Assembly (NCBI RefSeq): GCF_026125825.1
Contig: NZ_JAHCKK010000015.1
Span: 629-64,628 of the forward strand
Direction: 5' to 3'
Length of the DNA: 64,000 nt
Source: Hydrogenophaga sp.
Lineage (GTDB): Bacteria; Pseudomonadota; Gammaproteobacteria; Burkholderiales; Burkholderiaceae_C
Part shown: positions 63,773 through 64,000 of the stretch, in pieces
How positions within the stretch are numbered: the first letter of the stretch is position 1
Layout: the number at the start of each line of letters is the position of its first letter
Position numbers and translations under genes: made by a program
Notes under the pieces: generated by a model
Told to the model about the DNA's origin: nothing
Database searches by the model: none
What the model saw: the letters and a program-made list of their open reading frames with translations, nothing else

Positions 63773-64000
63773 TCAGGCCTTGAACACCGGTGTACGGCGT
63801 GCCTCGAAGGCCGCCAGACCTTCGCTGACGTCGTCATCGAGCAGAGCCGCGCTGGCCAGGTCTTCCTCAAGCTGGAGACCGACCTCCGACGAACCCTCCA
63901 TGCCTTGCCGTGCCAAACGTTTCATGGTGGCCATGCCGATGCGGCTGCGCGTGGCGATCTTGCTGCAATACGCCAGCGCCGCTTCACCCAACTGCTCAGG
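63773..64000 (-). CDS. enoyl-CoA hydratase family protein, C-terminal part only (gene runs off the window)
   Basis: C-terminus ...SEGLAAFEARRTPVFKA is typical of crotonases. The ORF is open to the window edge. Confidence 0.7.
   Translation of the reverse strand, partial: PEQLGEAALAYCSKIATRSRIGMATMKRLARQGMEGSSEVGLQLEEDLASAALLDDDVSEGLAAFEARRTPVFKA

Overview
A 64-kb, high-GC, almost fully coding segment. The gene repertoire suggests a Burkholderiales/Comamonadaceae-type betaproteobacterium (three Bug/TctC-family binding proteins, many CoA-thioester enzymes); this taxonomy is inference only. There are three blocks. (1) 24-10072 is one co-directional 11-gene cluster. It mixes a Bbs-like beta-oxidation set (two ACADs, a thiolase-like+DUF35 pair, a family III CoA-transferase, a crotonase, a Bug SBP) with a LigB-type extradiol dioxygenase homologue and three tandem RraA-family paralogues. 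(2) About 10.3-37.1 kb is a compositionally mosaic aromatic-acid catabolic island. It begins at an orphan 3' half of tRNA-Arg(ACG). It carries a terephthalate-dioxygenase-like (tph-like) operon with an embedded CYP199-type P450 / ferredoxin / reductase / SDR / aldehyde-DH cassette, a second SBP-SDR-ALDH module with vanA, a LIV-type ABC transporter, and an isophthalate-operon-like (iph-like) module. The modules are separated by IS21 and IS481 scars. (3) 37.1-64 kb holds a second Bbs-like CoA module with an MmgE/PrpD protein. It is followed by a roughly 17-kb minus-strand super-operon with two complete biotin-dependent acyl-CoA carboxylase sets (atu/liu-like), an HMG-CoA-lyase-like gene and a decayed SDR between the sets. 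I saw no rRNA, intact tRNA, CRISPR array, intact transposase or integrase, and no recognisable defence or toxin system. The most interesting candidate is the P450-extended tph-like operon, with a predicted p-toluate -> terephthalate -> protocatechuate route. Many very long ORFs in the track are antisense shadows typical of high-GC DNA and were not called. All family assignments come from motif reading and recalled homologues, not from database searches.
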